A stretch of DNA of 43,404 bases from Clostridia bacterium (GCA_045578225.1 JAZNJV010000022.1:1-43404), one strand, 5' to 3'; shown: positions 34,345 through 43,404, numbered from the stretch's first letter. The notes: generated from the letters alone by a model not told the origin. Translations and numbers: made by a program.

Positions 34345-35808
34345 ATGAGAAAAGAAAAGATTAAAAGCGGAATCCTTCTTTTGTTAATAGTGAGCGCTGT
34401 GGCGCTGGCTGCGAGTGTGTGGTTTGGAAGCGGCATTTGGCCGCGTGGGTACGATTTTTTCGCTACCCTGCCGAATCGCGCATTTTTTTCGCAGCTTTTT
34501 AAGAAAGAGCAGCCGTATATAAGCCCTATGGAAAACCTGGCAAAGCCGCGGCTTTTGGTTGTTACAAACGGGGGCGACCGCGCAGTATATTATAATAGCG
34601 ACGCGTCCTACGCGCCGTACTATGAAGCGGTAAACACCTTTTTTAAAGCTACACTTTCGAGGGAGGACAAAGTGATGATGTCCACCGCGGTGGACGAAGA
34701 GGAATGGTACGCCGTTCTTCGAAACGACGAAATTCTCGACACAAAGTCCATCTACATTTCCTATGGCACCGTGTTTTCACCCCACCTTTTTGCACAGGTC
34801 ATCGGCACGGAGCATACGTGGCTCGAAAAGCATGCCACCGCCCTTTCCGAATTTATTGTGGCCCCCATCGGGGATACGGGCGAGGATGTCCTTTTGTATG
34901 TGCGAGACCAAAGTGGCGGCGAGGTTACGAAGTTTTATATCCATTACCCCGAAAAAGCGGCGCTGTACAGCGTCATTTCGGGCATGACGGAGGACCTTGG
35001 CTATTCATACGCCTTCGAGCTGAATTTGCATGACAGCCACATCGGCATTGGCGGCGGTGTGGAGCAAAAGGTGGTTATGGACCCGTTAATTCTCATTTCG
35101 CCGCGCAGTACGGAAAGCGTACCTGTCGAGGGCACAAATCCCGTAGAGAATGCGACGGACACAGCGGCGCTTTTATCCGTTTTCGGCTACCGCGCGAGTG
35201 GCGTAAACCGCCACACGGGTACGGACGGCACCGAGTATTTCGTAGAAAATTACAGTTCCATTCATATTTCCCCGAGCGGCTTTTTGGAATACGTTGCGGT
35301 GGATGCCGATAAAGGCGTAAACATTCTGCCCGCGGCCTCGGGCACGGAAACGGTATACGATGCGCTAAACGGCGCCGTGGGCTTTGCCGCGCGCGTTTGG
35401 GAGTCTCTCGTGCCCGACAGACCCTTTGACGCTCTCGTTTCCTCCGACCTTGTGGAGAGTGAAACGGGCGAATACGTCTTTACGCTGGACTATTATTATG
35501 AGGGCACGCCCATCATCGTGCGCGAGGGCGAAATGCGCCACGCCGTGGAAATCTACGTAAAAGACGGCAAGATTACCACGTACCGTCATATTCTCCGCCG
35601 CTTTGCGCCGCGCGGGGAAAAGGTCGAGAATATCCCCATGCTCGAAGCCATTGACGGACTTTACACGCGCCTTTCGAAGGAAGATACGCAAATCCGTATT
35701 CAGGATTTATATATTGCCTATATGGAAACGGAAGCAGATACGGCCCTTCGCCCCGTGTGGTGCGCGAAAGTGGAGGGGAAGGAAAAGCTCCTGTATTATT
35801 TCGGATAA
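34345..35808 (+). CDS. Membrane-anchored extracytoplasmic protein, YycH-like (tentative)
   Basis: 487 aa with an N-terminal anchor (MRKEKIKSGILLLLIVSAVALAASVW). Size and topology resemble YycH-family regulators. The family call is by eye only. Confidence 0.45.
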   Translation: MRKEKIKSGILLLLIVSAVALAASVWFGSGIWPRGYDFFATLPNRAFFSQLFKKEQPYISPMENLAKPRLLVVTNGGDRAVYYNSDASYAPYYEAVNTFFKATLSREDKVMMSTAVDEEEWYAVLRNDEILDTKSIYISYGTVFSPHLFAQVIGTEHTWLEKHATALSEFIVAPIGDTGEDVLLYVRDQSGGEVTKFYIHYPEKAALYSVISGMTEDLGYSYAFELNLHDSHIGIGGGVEQKVVMDPLILISPRSTESVPVEGTNPVENATDTAALLSVFGYRASGVNRHTGTDGTEYFVENYSSIHISPSGFLEYVAVDADKGVNILPAASGTETVYDALNGAVGFAARVWESLVPDRPFDALVSSDLVESETGEYVFTLDYYYEGTPIIVREGEMRHAVEIYVKDGKITTYRHILRRFAPRGEKVENIPMLEAIDGLYTRLSKEDTQIRIQDLYIAYMETEADTALRPVWCAKVEGKEKLLYYFG

Positions 35809-35895
35809 ACTGGGAAAAGCGCGCGCTTTTGCAAAAAGTTGTGCCTTGCTTTTCTCCTTTTCTCCCTTTACAATGAAGGTAAGGGGGAGATAGAT

Positions 35896-36132
35896 ATGAA
35901 AAAGATATTTTTGGCGCTGGAAGCTGTTTCCGGCCTGCCGCGCCGCGTCATGTTCGGCGGGCTCGTGCCGGCGCTGCTTCTTCTTTTGGCGAGTGCATGG
36001 GTACTTTTTCGGGGGAGCGGCTCGTACGCGGCCCTTGTCTTATCCGAGCAAATGTGTAGAACGGGCATCACGCTCTTTTCAGAAGGGATGGTGCTCGGTC
36101 TTTTCCTTGATATTCTTTTAAAAAGAGCTTAA
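35896..36132 (+). CDS. Small two-TM membrane protein, unknown function
   Basis: Start at ATG 35896 after AAGGGGGAG. The 78-aa product has two hydrophobic segments. Confidence 0.5.
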   Translation: MKKIFLALEAVSGLPRRVMFGGLVPALLLLLASAWVLFRGSGSYAALVLSEQMCRTGITLFSEGMVLGLFLDILLKRA

Positions 36133-36146
36133 AAAGGAGGAACTCC

Positions 36147-36965
36147 ATGGAAAAAATAACGACCTGTCTTTCCGAAATACGAAAGAGAACCGATTTTGTG
36201 CCGCGCGTTGCCGTGGTGCTCGGCTCGGGTCTTGGTGAAATGGCGGAAAAAGCAGAAAAAGCCGTGCGCATTCCGTATGCTGCCCTCTCTGGCTTTCCAA
36301 AGTCCACGGTTTCGGGGCATGCGGGGCAGTTTGTCTGCGGCTATGTGGGCGATGTGCCCTGCGTTTTCATGCAGGGGCGTGTGCATTATTATGAAGGCTA
36401 TTCCATGGAGGACGTGGTGCTTGGCGTTCGCATTATGCGGCAGATGGGCGCCGAAACGCTGATTTTAACAAACGCCGCCGGCGGCATAACGCATACGGCC
36501 GGCACATTGATGGCCATTTCGGACCATATTTCGTCCTTTGTCCCCTCGCCGCTTCGCGGGGAAAATAAAGAGGCACTCGGCCCGCGCTTTCCCGACATGA
36601 GCGCGGTGTATAGTCCGCGGCTTATCGAAATATTCGAAAAAAGCGCCGCGGCGCTTTCCATACCGCTGGCGCGGGGCGTGTATCTGCAGGCTTCGGGCCC
36701 GCAGTACGAAACGCCCGCGGAAATTCGCGCGTTTCAGGCAATGGGGGCAGACGCTGTCGGCATGAGTACCGCCGCGGAGGCCATTGCGGCGGCGCATATG
36801 GGCATGGAGGTTGGCGGCATCAGCTGCATCGTCAATGCCGCGGCAGGCATATCGCCCGTGCCGCTTTCGCATGAAGAGGTAAAAAAAGAAGCTGCCAAAA
36901 TGGGCGAAAAATTCCGCCTTCTTTTGGAGCACAGCATAAAAAGCCTTGGAGGGGAAGCCAAATGA
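36147..36965 (+). CDS. punA: Purine nucleoside phosphorylase (PNP/MTAP family 2, PunA-type)
   Basis: 272 aa with [39 protein letters not shown] and GADAVGMST. Confidence 0.88.
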   Translation: MEKITTCLSEIRKRTDFVPRVAVVLGSGLGEMAEKAEKAVRIPYAALSGFPKSTVSGHAGQFVCGYVGDVPCVFMQGRVHYYEGYSMEDVVLGVRIMRQMGAETLILTNAAGGITHTAGTLMAISDHISSFVPSPLRGENKEALGPRFPDMSAVYSPRLIEIFEKSAAALSIPLARGVYLQASGPQYETPAEIRAFQAMGADAVGMSTAAEAIAAAHMGMEVGGISCIVNAAAGISPVPLSHEEVKKEAAKMGEKFRLLLEHSIKSLGGEAK

Positions 36966-37432
36966 AAGAAGTGACAATTTATACAGACGGCGCCTGTAGC
37001 GGCAACCCGGGAAAAGGGGGCTTTGGCGCGATACTCGTGTACGGCAATCGCGAAAAAGAGCTTTCCGAAGGCTACAGAAAAACGACGAATAACCGCATGG
37101 AACTTCTCGGCGTTATCCGTGCGCTCGAGGCGCTTCGGGAGCCTTGCCGCGTCCAGCTGTACAGCGACTCGAAGTACGTAGTGGAGGCGATAGAGAAGGG
37201 CTGGGCGGTCACCTGGCGGAAAAACGGGTGGAAGCGAAAGAGCGGCCCCGCCCAAAATCCCGATTTATGGGAAAAGCTCCTCACGCTTTTCGAAACACAC
37301 ACCGTCACCTGCCACTGGGTAAAGGGACACGCCGAAAACGAAAAGAATAATCGGTGCGATGCACTCGCTACCACTGCCTATACAAAAGAAAACCTTTTCA
37401 TCGATGAAGGATATGAAAAACTGCAAGCATAA
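36962..37432 (+). CDS. rnhA: Ribonuclease HI
   Basis: 156 aa with [24 protein letters not shown] and [19 protein letters not shown]. The start overlaps the punA stop (ATGA). Confidence 0.92.
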   Translation: MKEVTIYTDGACSGNPGKGGFGAILVYGNREKELSEGYRKTTNNRMELLGVIRALEALREPCRVQLYSDSKYVVEAIEKGWAVTWRKNGWKRKSGPAQNPDLWEKLLTLFETHTVTCHWVKGHAENEKNNRCDALATTAYTKENLFIDEGYEKLQA

Positions 37433-37461
37433 AAAAAGTCGCAACACGTTGCGACTTTTTT
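37432..37461. terminator. Bidirectional terminator
   Basis: The aaaaaa-gtcgca/acacgt/tgcgac-tttttt structure lies between convergent rnhA and the deacetylase gene. Confidence 0.7.
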
Positions 37462-37467
37462 ATATTC

Positions 37468-38784
37468 TTAAATGGCAGGAACGGGAAGCGGTCTTTCCGG
37501 GTCAAATACCTCCGACACGGGGAACAAATCTTCTAGCATTTCGGGGTTATGGTACATGCGGTAGCCGTCGAGATTGCGGCGGCCTTGGCGAAGGTAATTG
37601 TCACCCACCTGTACCCAGTAGGTATGCGCGTCCACATTGCAGAAGTAGCGGAAGCCCATATTGTAGAGAATATTGAACTTTTCATTCTCCGCCGTGTAGC
37701 TTTCAATGCCTGCAATATCCTCGCCGTGGGCGTAGATAATCACATCACATGGGCCTAAAATCGGCTCCACCTCGTCTTCCCACTTCTGGGCATCGGTACG
37801 AAGCGTTTCTGTTTCAATCGAGCCATATAGGCGGTGCCCCCAGCTGTGGCTTGCAAATACCCAGCCAATCTCGCGCATGCGGTCGGCCACGGCCTTTGCC
37901 TTTTCAATTTCGCTCGGATCATACCCTTCGCCCGACGGGCAGGTGCGGTATCCGAGCACGCCGTCATACCCCGTGATGGCAAGCGTGGCGCGTGCGCCTT
38001 GATACGAAAAATCGGGGTGTTCTTTTATGAAGCTTTCCAAAATGGGCACAAGGTCATACTCGCCGCGCGAGATAGACCCGTCATCTTCCACATATTCGTT
38101 GATGGGGTAGCCGTCCTCTCCAATCACAAGGCGCGTGGCAAAGCCATCCCCTGTCATATAGCCGTAGTAGCTTACATCGTCCTGACTCATCACGAGCGGC
38201 TTTTTGCCGGGCGGCAGAAGGATTTCGCACGGCGTCATCCGCATCTGGCCATTTTCGCTTTCCTGCATTTTAGCCATATCGTCTAAATTCACAAGCACAT
38301 ACCCGCGCTCGTGCAGGATGCGAAGCATCGCGCGAAATTCCGATATGGTTGTCATATACTGGTTGTACCCGTCCTCGGTGTACTCCCCGTCAAACGCCTT
38401 GGCATTATCCGCAATCAAGGTGTGGAAAAAGACGTGCGTCACCTCGTGGATATTTGCGGGCTGAAGCGTCTCTTTGGTAGCTTCAATCTCGGAAAGGAGT
38501 GCAGAAAGTGCCTCGTTTTCGGCGTAGCCTTCAAAGCTTTGAATTTCCGCAATCGCTTCGTCATAGGCATATCCCTTACAAAGAAGCGCTGCACGGTCGT
38601 ACACGACTTCGGCCACGGGTTTTTCCTGCGGCTTTTTCTCCCCGCCGCCCGAAAAGAGGCCGAAAAGACCGCGCACCCCTAAAAACAAGAGGAACAAAAG
38701 CAGCGCGACGCATGCGTAAAAAGCAATGGAAAAAACAATTTTTTGACGTTTTAATTTCTTTTTGCGTTCTTCCGAAAGCGGCAT
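37468..38784 (-). CDS. Membrane-anchored polysaccharide deacetylase (NodB-like) family protein
   Basis: Start at M13 (MPLSEERKKK; RBS GGAAGGG 6 nt upstream). A TM anchor is followed by MSQDDVSY and HSWGH motifs compatible with NodB motifs 1 and 2. Confidence 0.65.
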   Translation of the reverse strand: MPLSEERKKKLKRQKIVFSIAFYACVALLLFLLFLGVRGLFGLFSGGGEKKPQEKPVAEVVYDRAALLCKGYAYDEAIAEIQSFEGYAENEALSALLSEIEATKETLQPANIHEVTHVFFHTLIADNAKAFDGEYTEDGYNQYMTTISEFRAMLRILHERGYVLVNLDDMAKMQESENGQMRMTPCEILLPPGKKPLVMSQDDVSYYGYMTGDGFATRLVIGEDGYPINEYVEDDGSISRGEYDLVPILESFIKEHPDFSYQGARATLAITGYDGVLGYRTCPSGEGYDPSEIEKAKAVADRMREIGWVFASHSWGHRLYGSIETETLRTDAQKWEDEVEPILGPCDVIIYAHGEDIAGIESYTAENEKFNILYNMGFRYFCNVDAHTYWVQVGDNYLRQGRRNLDGYRMYHNPEMLEDLFPVSEVFDPERPLPVPAI

Positions 38785-38854
38785 ACAAATCCCTTCCTTT
38801 CTATCTACATATTGTAGCATAATTCGCTATATATGTCAAGGGATACGTTTTTCC

Positions 38855-38884
38855 TTGACAGACGCCCCTCTTTACTGGTATACT
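38855..38884 (+). promoter_or_regulatory. Promoter of the DUF3048 gene
   Basis: TTGACA, an 18-nt spacer, then TGgTATACT (extended -10). Confidence 0.55.
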
Positions 38885-38939
38885 GAATATAAGACTAAAA
38901 GAGTCCGTAGCGCCTGGCGCTGCGGGGAAAGGAACGACT

Positions 38940-39935
38940 ATGAAGAAGCTTCTCCTAATTTTCCTTGCAGGTATCTTAGTTCTTTCCGGCTGTAAAGCCA
39001 CCGCGCCCGAAGGCGGCGGTGCGCCCACGCCTGCGCCCGAAAATTCGGCCGCACCGGAAAGCGAATTTTACACGGCATACCAATCTGCCACAGAGCGCCC
39101 CAGGGCGGTTATGGTGGATAACGATAACTCGGGCGCATGGCCGCATGCAGGCCTTACGGATGCGTATATGATTTACGAAGTGCCCGTTGAGGGCGGCGCC
39201 ACGCGCCTTATGGCTCTTTTTAATGAAAAGGACACCGAAAAAATCGGCCCTGTACGCTCTTCCCGTCACTACTTTTTAGATTATGTACTCGAGCATGACG
39301 CTGTCTATACGCACTTCGGCTACAGTCCGCGCGCGCAAGCCGATATTCCCGCACTTGGGATAAACAACATAAACGGCGTTTTGGGCGGCGACGGGGATAT
39401 CTTCTGGCGCGAAGGCAGTGGATGGCACACGGCGTTTACGTCTATGGAAAAAATTGACGGCATGGCCGCGAAAAAGGGATATCGTCAAAATCGTGAAAAA
39501 GCACCGCTTCTCTTCTCGCCGCAAGATGTGGCACTCGAAGAAGGGGAAGTTGCGGAAACCGTGAAAATTCCGTACGCAGGCTTTTATTCCTCCTCCTTTG
39601 CGTATGATGCGGCGTCGCTCTCCTACAAAAAGTTTATGAACGGCTCGCCCCACATCGTACAGGAAGAGCCTTCCATCTCCGTAAAAAATATTATTATCAT
39701 GCAGATGCGCACCTACCCTCTAGGGGATGGCTCCGCGCGCATTAACGTAGACACTGTAGGTAGCGGCGAAGGCTACTATATCACAATGGGCCGCGCCGTA
39801 CCGATTACATGGGAAAAACCGTCCCGCAGCGGGAAAACGGTATGGAAAACGGCCGACGGGGAAGAAATTTTGTTAAACCCCGGCCAGACGTGGGTCATGC
39901 TTTTGCCGAGCGGCGTTTCTCCCGAGATTGGATAA
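38940..39935 (+). CDS. DUF3048 (YerB-like) lipoprotein
   Basis: 331 aa with lipobox LVLSGC. The motifs RPRAVMVDN, GLTDAYMIYEVPVEGGATRLMALF and VRSSRHYF are typical of DUF3048. Confidence 0.75.
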   Translation: MKKLLLIFLAGILVLSGCKATAPEGGGAPTPAPENSAAPESEFYTAYQSATERPRAVMVDNDNSGAWPHAGLTDAYMIYEVPVEGGATRLMALFNEKDTEKIGPVRSSRHYFLDYVLEHDAVYTHFGYSPRAQADIPALGINNINGVLGGDGDIFWREGSGWHTAFTSMEKIDGMAAKKGYRQNREKAPLLFSPQDVALEEGEVAETVKIPYAGFYSSSFAYDAASLSYKKFMNGSPHIVQEEPSISVKNIIIMQMRTYPLGDGSARINVDTVGSGEGYYITMGRAVPITWEKPSRSGKTVWKTADGEEILLNPGQTWVMLLPSGVSPEIG

Positions 39936-39936
39936 T

Positions 39937-41292
39937 ATGCAGAAAAACGATACTTTAACCGTAGAAATACTTTCGCAAGGCGCCACGGGCGAAGGCGTAG
40001 CAAAGCCGGAAGGGTTTCCGCTCTTTATCCCCGGCGCCATCGAAGGCGAAACGTGCCGCGTGCAAGTGGTAAAGCTTCAGAAAACGCATGGATTTGCAAA
40101 ACTTTTGGAAGTGGTTACCCCTTCGCCGCACCGCACCGTGCCCCCGTGCCCCGTATATGCAAAGTGCGGCGGCTGCAGCCTTATGCATATGGACGCCTCG
40201 CTTCAAAACGAAACGTGGCGCCAAATGTGCGAGAACGCCTTTCGCCATGTGGGGGGACTTTCGCCCCGTGTGCATCCCGTATATACCGACGGGCGCGCCC
40301 TGCGATACCGAAACAAAATACAAATGCCTGTAGCGGCGGCGCCTTCGGGCATCGCCGCCGGCTTTTTTGCGCCGCGGTCACATCGCCTCGTGCCTTCGGA
40401 GGACTGCCTTCTCCAGTCCGAAAAAACGGGTGAAATTATCCGCGCGGTCACTTCGTGGATGGAAGAAAACGGCATATTGCCCTATGCGGAGGAAACGCAC
40501 CGCGGCACGATTCGCCATATCTATGTACGCGAAGGGGACGCGGGGGAATGCATGGTCTCGCTCATCACAAGAACGCGCGCGCTTCCCCATATGGAGGCGC
40601 TTTCCGAACGCCTTCGCGCGCTTGGCGTTTCCACGCTTCTCCAAAATATCAACCCGCACCGTACCAATGTAATTTTGGGCGAGGAGACGCGCGTTATATT
40701 CGGCACAGGGAAGATTACGCGTACGCTCGGCGGCATAGCGTTTTCCATTTCGCACCATTCCTTTTTCCAGGTCAACGCCCCTATGGCCGAAAAGCTGTAC
40801 GAAAAAGGCCTCGCACTTCTTGGCGATATTTCCGACAAAACGGTGTTTGACCTGTATTCGGGCATTGGCTCCATCTCCCTCTTTTTGGCCAGACATGCAA
40901 AACGCGTCATTGGCGTGGAAATCGTACCCGAGGCCGTAAAAGATGCCGAGGAAAATGCGGCGCGAAACGGGTTTTCTAACGCCTTTTTCTACGCGGGCGA
41001 CGCGTTTGAGGTAACGCAAAAGCTGTTAGAGGAAGGAGAACGCGCCGATGTGGCCGTTGTTGACCCCCCTCGAAAGGGATGCGACGCTGGGCTTCTCAAA
41101 ACGCTTCTTTCCATGTCTCCGCATAAAATTCTCTATATCTCCTGTAACCCTGCCACGCTCGCACGCGACGCCGCGTACCTTTGCGAAAATGGCTACACGT
41201 TTGACGAAGTTTTCCCCTTTGCACTCTTCCCCCAGACGCATCACGTGGAGAGCTGCGTGCTCTTTTATCGCACACAGTGCGACTCGATATAA
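39937..41292 (+). CDS. rlmD: 23S rRNA (uracil-C5)-methyltransferase RlmD/RumA family (TRAM + Fe-S + SAM MTase)
   Basis: An N-terminal TRAM domain is followed by the Cys cluster CPVYAKCGGCSLMHM, the SAM motif DLYSGIGSISL and the catalytic ISCNPATLARD. The ATG at 39937 is preferred over the TTG at 39928. Confidence 0.88.
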   Translation: MQKNDTLTVEILSQGATGEGVAKPEGFPLFIPGAIEGETCRVQVVKLQKTHGFAKLLEVVTPSPHRTVPPCPVYAKCGGCSLMHMDASLQNETWRQMCENAFRHVGGLSPRVHPVYTDGRALRYRNKIQMPVAAAPSGIAAGFFAPRSHRLVPSEDCLLQSEKTGEIIRAVTSWMEENGILPYAEETHRGTIRHIYVREGDAGECMVSLITRTRALPHMEALSERLRALGVSTLLQNINPHRTNVILGEETRVIFGTGKITRTLGGIAFSISHHSFFQVNAPMAEKLYEKGLALLGDISDKTVFDLYSGIGSISLFLARHAKRVIGVEIVPEAVKDAEENAARNGFSNAFFYAGDAFEVTQKLLEEGERADVAVVDPPRKGCDAGLLKTLLSMSPHKILYISCNPATLARDAAYLCENGYTFDEVFPFALFPQTHHVESCVLFYRTQCDSI

Positions 41293-41414
41293 ATCCCTAA
41301 CGAGATTTTCTATATATCCTAGAGGATTCGATATGTGCCAAGGCACTCGATATGTTGCCATACGGCAATGAGATTTATAGCATATCGAAAACGAAAGGAA
41401 ATCGTGTATATCGA
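41284..41414. repeat. Array of five TCGATAT heptamers (three direct, two inverted) with two mini-hairpins
   Basis: TCGATAT occurs at 41284, 41328 and 41347. ATATCGA occurs at 41382 and 41408. Copies 2 and 3 extend to TCGATATGT(T)GCCA, and each runs into a small palindrome (gtgccaaggcac; ttgccatacggcaa). Confidence 0.5.
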
Positions 41415-41429
41415 CAAAGGGGAATGACA

Positions 41430-41776
41430 ATGGAACAGAATAAAAACATCTTAAGAGAAGAAACCATCCGTTTTGCGATAGGATTTCTGATGTTTGTGAT
41501 ACCATAACCGGATGTTCTGTATATGTAAATCAACTCTTGCGATGCTCTTCTTCAATTGGCGCGAAGCTTCACGAGGCAAAGTAAGCACAAAGAAAAGCTG
41601 ATTTTATAAATAAATTAGAAATTTCTTTAAAAGAAAGTTTTGAAACCGAATATTGGTTAGAACTGCTATTTCGCAAAAGCAAAATAGATGAAATCACATA
41701 TAAAAATATGGTAAACAAATGCGGCACTATACGGAGAAAATTGATTGCTTCTGTCACTACCGCAAAAGGCAAATAG
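41430..41776 (+). pseudogene. Decayed four-helix-bundle protein gene (23S rRNA intervening-sequence protein / Avd-like family)
   Basis: A 25-codon N-terminal piece (MEQNKNILREETIRFAIGF...) stops at 41505. The remainder continues in another frame (..NQLLRCSSSIGAKLHEAK*AQRKADFINKLEISLKESFETEYWLELLFRK...) with an in-frame TAA at 41582-41584. The ETEYWLELL motif is characteristic of the family. Confidence 0.7.
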
Positions 41777-41805
41777 GAGATCCGTATACGAAAGGAACAC
41801 GTCAC

Positions 41806-42387
41806 ATGCAAAAGAAAAAGAAAAGCGGGCCGCAGCTATTTATGCATGCCGTAATTGTACTTACGGCCATTGTAGCCTGCGCCGCCTTTATTCTATATTA
41901 CGGACATGTATGGAGGCGGGCGGCGGTTTTATGGTGCGGCATCGTATGCTTTATGATTTTATATCATTTCTGGGTTCGGATTCTTTTGGGGAATCTCTCC
42001 AAACGCTTCCGCATAAATTCCGCACACCCGTGGTTTTTGGAAAGGCCGTTCGAAAAAAAGCTATATGCCTTTTTACGCGTGAAACAATGGAAGGGAAAGG
42101 CGCTTACGTATGACCCCGAAGCGTTCTCTATAAAGGCGCATTCGCTCGACGAAATTGCCGCCACCATGACGAAGGCGGAGCTTGACCACTGGATGAACGA
42201 GCTTGTCTCCTTATCAAGCCTTTTATTTTCGCTTCTTTGGGGAGAGTTTTGGATTTTTCTGCTGACCGCCGTGGCCGCCATGCTTTTTGACGGCCAGTTT
42301 ATCCTCATTCAAAGATATAACCGCCCCAAAGTGCTGCGTATTTTGGAAAAAAGAAAGCAAAAAACGGCGCCGCCCGTGTTGGTTTAG
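41806..42387 (+). CDS. Membrane protein, glycosyl-4,4'-diaponeurosporenoate acyltransferase-like family
   Basis: Start at ATG 41806 (MQKKKKSG...). TM helices are present. The motifs LRVKQWKGK, MTKAELDHWMNE and ILIQRYNRP match my recollection of this family. Confidence 0.6.
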   Translation: MQKKKKSGPQLFMHAVIVLTAIVACAAFILYYGHVWRRAAVLWCGIVCFMILYHFWVRILLGNLSKRFRINSAHPWFLERPFEKKLYAFLRVKQWKGKALTYDPEAFSIKAHSLDEIAATMTKAELDHWMNELVSLSSLLFSLLWGEFWIFLLTAVAAMLFDGQFILIQRYNRPKVLRILEKRKQKTAPPVLV

Positions 42388-42402
42388 CAAAAAGAATATA
42401 AG

Positions 42403-42432
42403 AAAAGAGCCTGTGGTTTGCAGGCTCTTTTA
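42403..42432. terminator. Bidirectional terminator
   Basis: agagcctg / tggtttg / caggctct is flanked by an A-tract and a T-tract. It lies between convergent genes. Confidence 0.7.
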
Positions 42433-42435
42433 TCT

Positions 42436-43404
42436 TTATTGTAATAAATCTCCGGGCATGTAATATCGAAATGCCTCGGCGATATGCAGCTCCGTCACAT
42501 GCTCGGAATCTGCAAGGTCAGAGATGGTGCGCGCCACCTTTACGATGCGCGTGTACGCGCGTGCGGAGAGGTGCATGGCGGAAAAGGCCTCCTTGGCCAT
42601 CGCGATGGCGCCGGATGTAAGGCTGCACACGGCCTCTACATCTGTCTTAAGCTGCGCATTGTGCGTAAGGCCAAAGGGAGAAAGCCGTGCCTTTTGCCGC
42701 TCGCGCGCGGCGATGACGCGTGCGCGAAGAAGGGCGCTTGATTCCGCGGAAGGCGCAGAAAGGTCATCATATGTAACGGCTTCCGCCTCGACACGAAGGT
42801 CAATTCTGTCAAGCAGCGGGCCGCTGATTTTACCCACATATCGGGCGATGGACGAGGCTGTGCAGCGGCAGCGGTGCGTTTTATCGCCATAGTAGCCACA
42901 GCGGCAAGGGTTCATGGCGGCCACCAGCATAAAGTCACTCGGATACGTGTAGGAAGCCGCGGCACGGGTTACCGTTACCACGCCGTCCTCCATCGGCTGG
43001 CGGAGAATTTCCATGGCATCGCGGTGAAATTCGGGAAGCTCATCTAAAAACAAAACGCCGTGGTGCGCGAGCGAAATTTCGCCGGGCCGTGCATTTTGCC
43101 CGCCGCCCGTAAGGCCCACGGTGGAAGCGGAGTGATGCGGTGCGCGAAATGGGCGCGAAGCGAGAAGCGGCGTCTCTTTGGAAAGCATACCGGCAACCGA
43201 ATGAATTTGCGTCACTTCCAGCGCCTCTTCTTTGGTAAGGGGCGGCAAGATGGAAGGAAGGCGCTGGGCAAGCATGCTTTTGCCCGACCCCGGCGGCCCC
43301 ACAATCAAAATGTTATGCCCGCCTGCGGCCGCAACTGTGAGCGCGCGTTTTACGTTTTCCTGTCCCTTCACCTCGGCAAAATCACCGCCTGCGGCGCTCG
43401 CCTC
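42436..43404 (-). CDS. comM: Mg-chelatase-like AAA+ protein ComM/YifB, C-terminal part (5' end outside the window)
   Basis: The reading frame stays open to the window edge (..DFAEVKGQENVKRAL..). Walker A GPPGSGKSM, Walker B LFLDELPEF and a CxxC-containing segment are present. Confidence 0.88.
   Translation of the reverse strand, partial: EASAAGGDFAEVKGQENVKRALTVAAAGGHNILIVGPPGSGKSMLAQRLPSILPPLTKEEALEVTQIHSVAGMLSKETPLLASRPFRAPHHSASTVGLTGGGQNARPGEISLAHHGVLFLDELPEFHRDAMEILRQPMEDGVVTVTRAAASYTYPSDFMLVAAMNPCRCGYYGDKTHRCRCTASSIARYVGKISGPLLDRIDLRVEAEAVTYDDLSAPSAESSALLRARVIAARERQKARLSPFGLTHNAQLKTDVEAVCSLTSGAIAMAKEAFSAMHLSARAYTRIVKVARTISDLADSEHVTELHIAEAFRYYMPGDLLQ

Noticed and set aside
1-43404. CRISPR arrays, rRNA genes, transposases, integrases, or classical toxin-antitoxin or restriction-modification genes.
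   Set aside because: No regularly spaced direct repeats of 25-40 nt were seen. No rRNA-like segments were found, and no ORF translation carries DDE, tyrosine/serine recombinase or methyltransferase-endonuclease signatures. The only repeat sets are the parS, DnaA-box, island operator and TCGATAT motifs reported above.

Overview
This window is the chromosomal replication-origin neighbourhood of a moderately GC-rich, endospore-forming Firmicute. The Clostridia-like call is by eye from gene content (SipL-like protein, DUF421/DUF4363 pair, whiA, yvcK). On the left arm (minus strand) lie tRNA-Glu and tRNA-Met(CAU), a capA-like gene, serS, a coiled-coil membrane protein, parB and parA. Next comes a bipartite oriC: two perfect parS 16-mers, DnaA-box clusters on both sides of dnaA, and an AT-rich unwinding element. 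The plus-strand core block dnaA-dnaN-yaaA-recF-remB-gyrB-gyrA follows. Downstream are yvcK, then a visibly low-GC ~1.2 kb single-gene insertion, then an operon ending in whiA (DUF3798 lipoprotein, pgeF, orphan SBP, DUF1015, whiA). The rest is housekeeping, envelope and sporulation genes: a nucleotidyltransferase fused to a degenerate PMM-like domain, DUF4363/DUF421, recG, cls, a GT-C-like membrane protein, greA, a sipL-like gene, punA, rnhA, a deacetylase, DUF3048, rlmD and partial comM. The most unusual element is the low-GC insertion at 15.1-16.3 kb. It encodes a winged-HTH + GHKL-ATPase + STAS-like (DUF4325-type) fusion protein with its own near-consensus promoter, a 34-bp perfect palindrome plus a third half-site, and its own terminator. 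Other points worth a second look:
- an 18-nt duplication of the tRNA-Met 3' end at the window edge
- parS overlapping the parAB promoter
- a candidate DnaA-trio unwinding module
- a PMM-like domain lacking its catalytic motifs
- a decayed four-helix-bundle (23S-IVS/Avd-like) gene next to a TCGATAT motif array
No CRISPR array, rRNA, transposase or integrase is visible. All calls come from reading the sequence and ORF translations; no database search was run.
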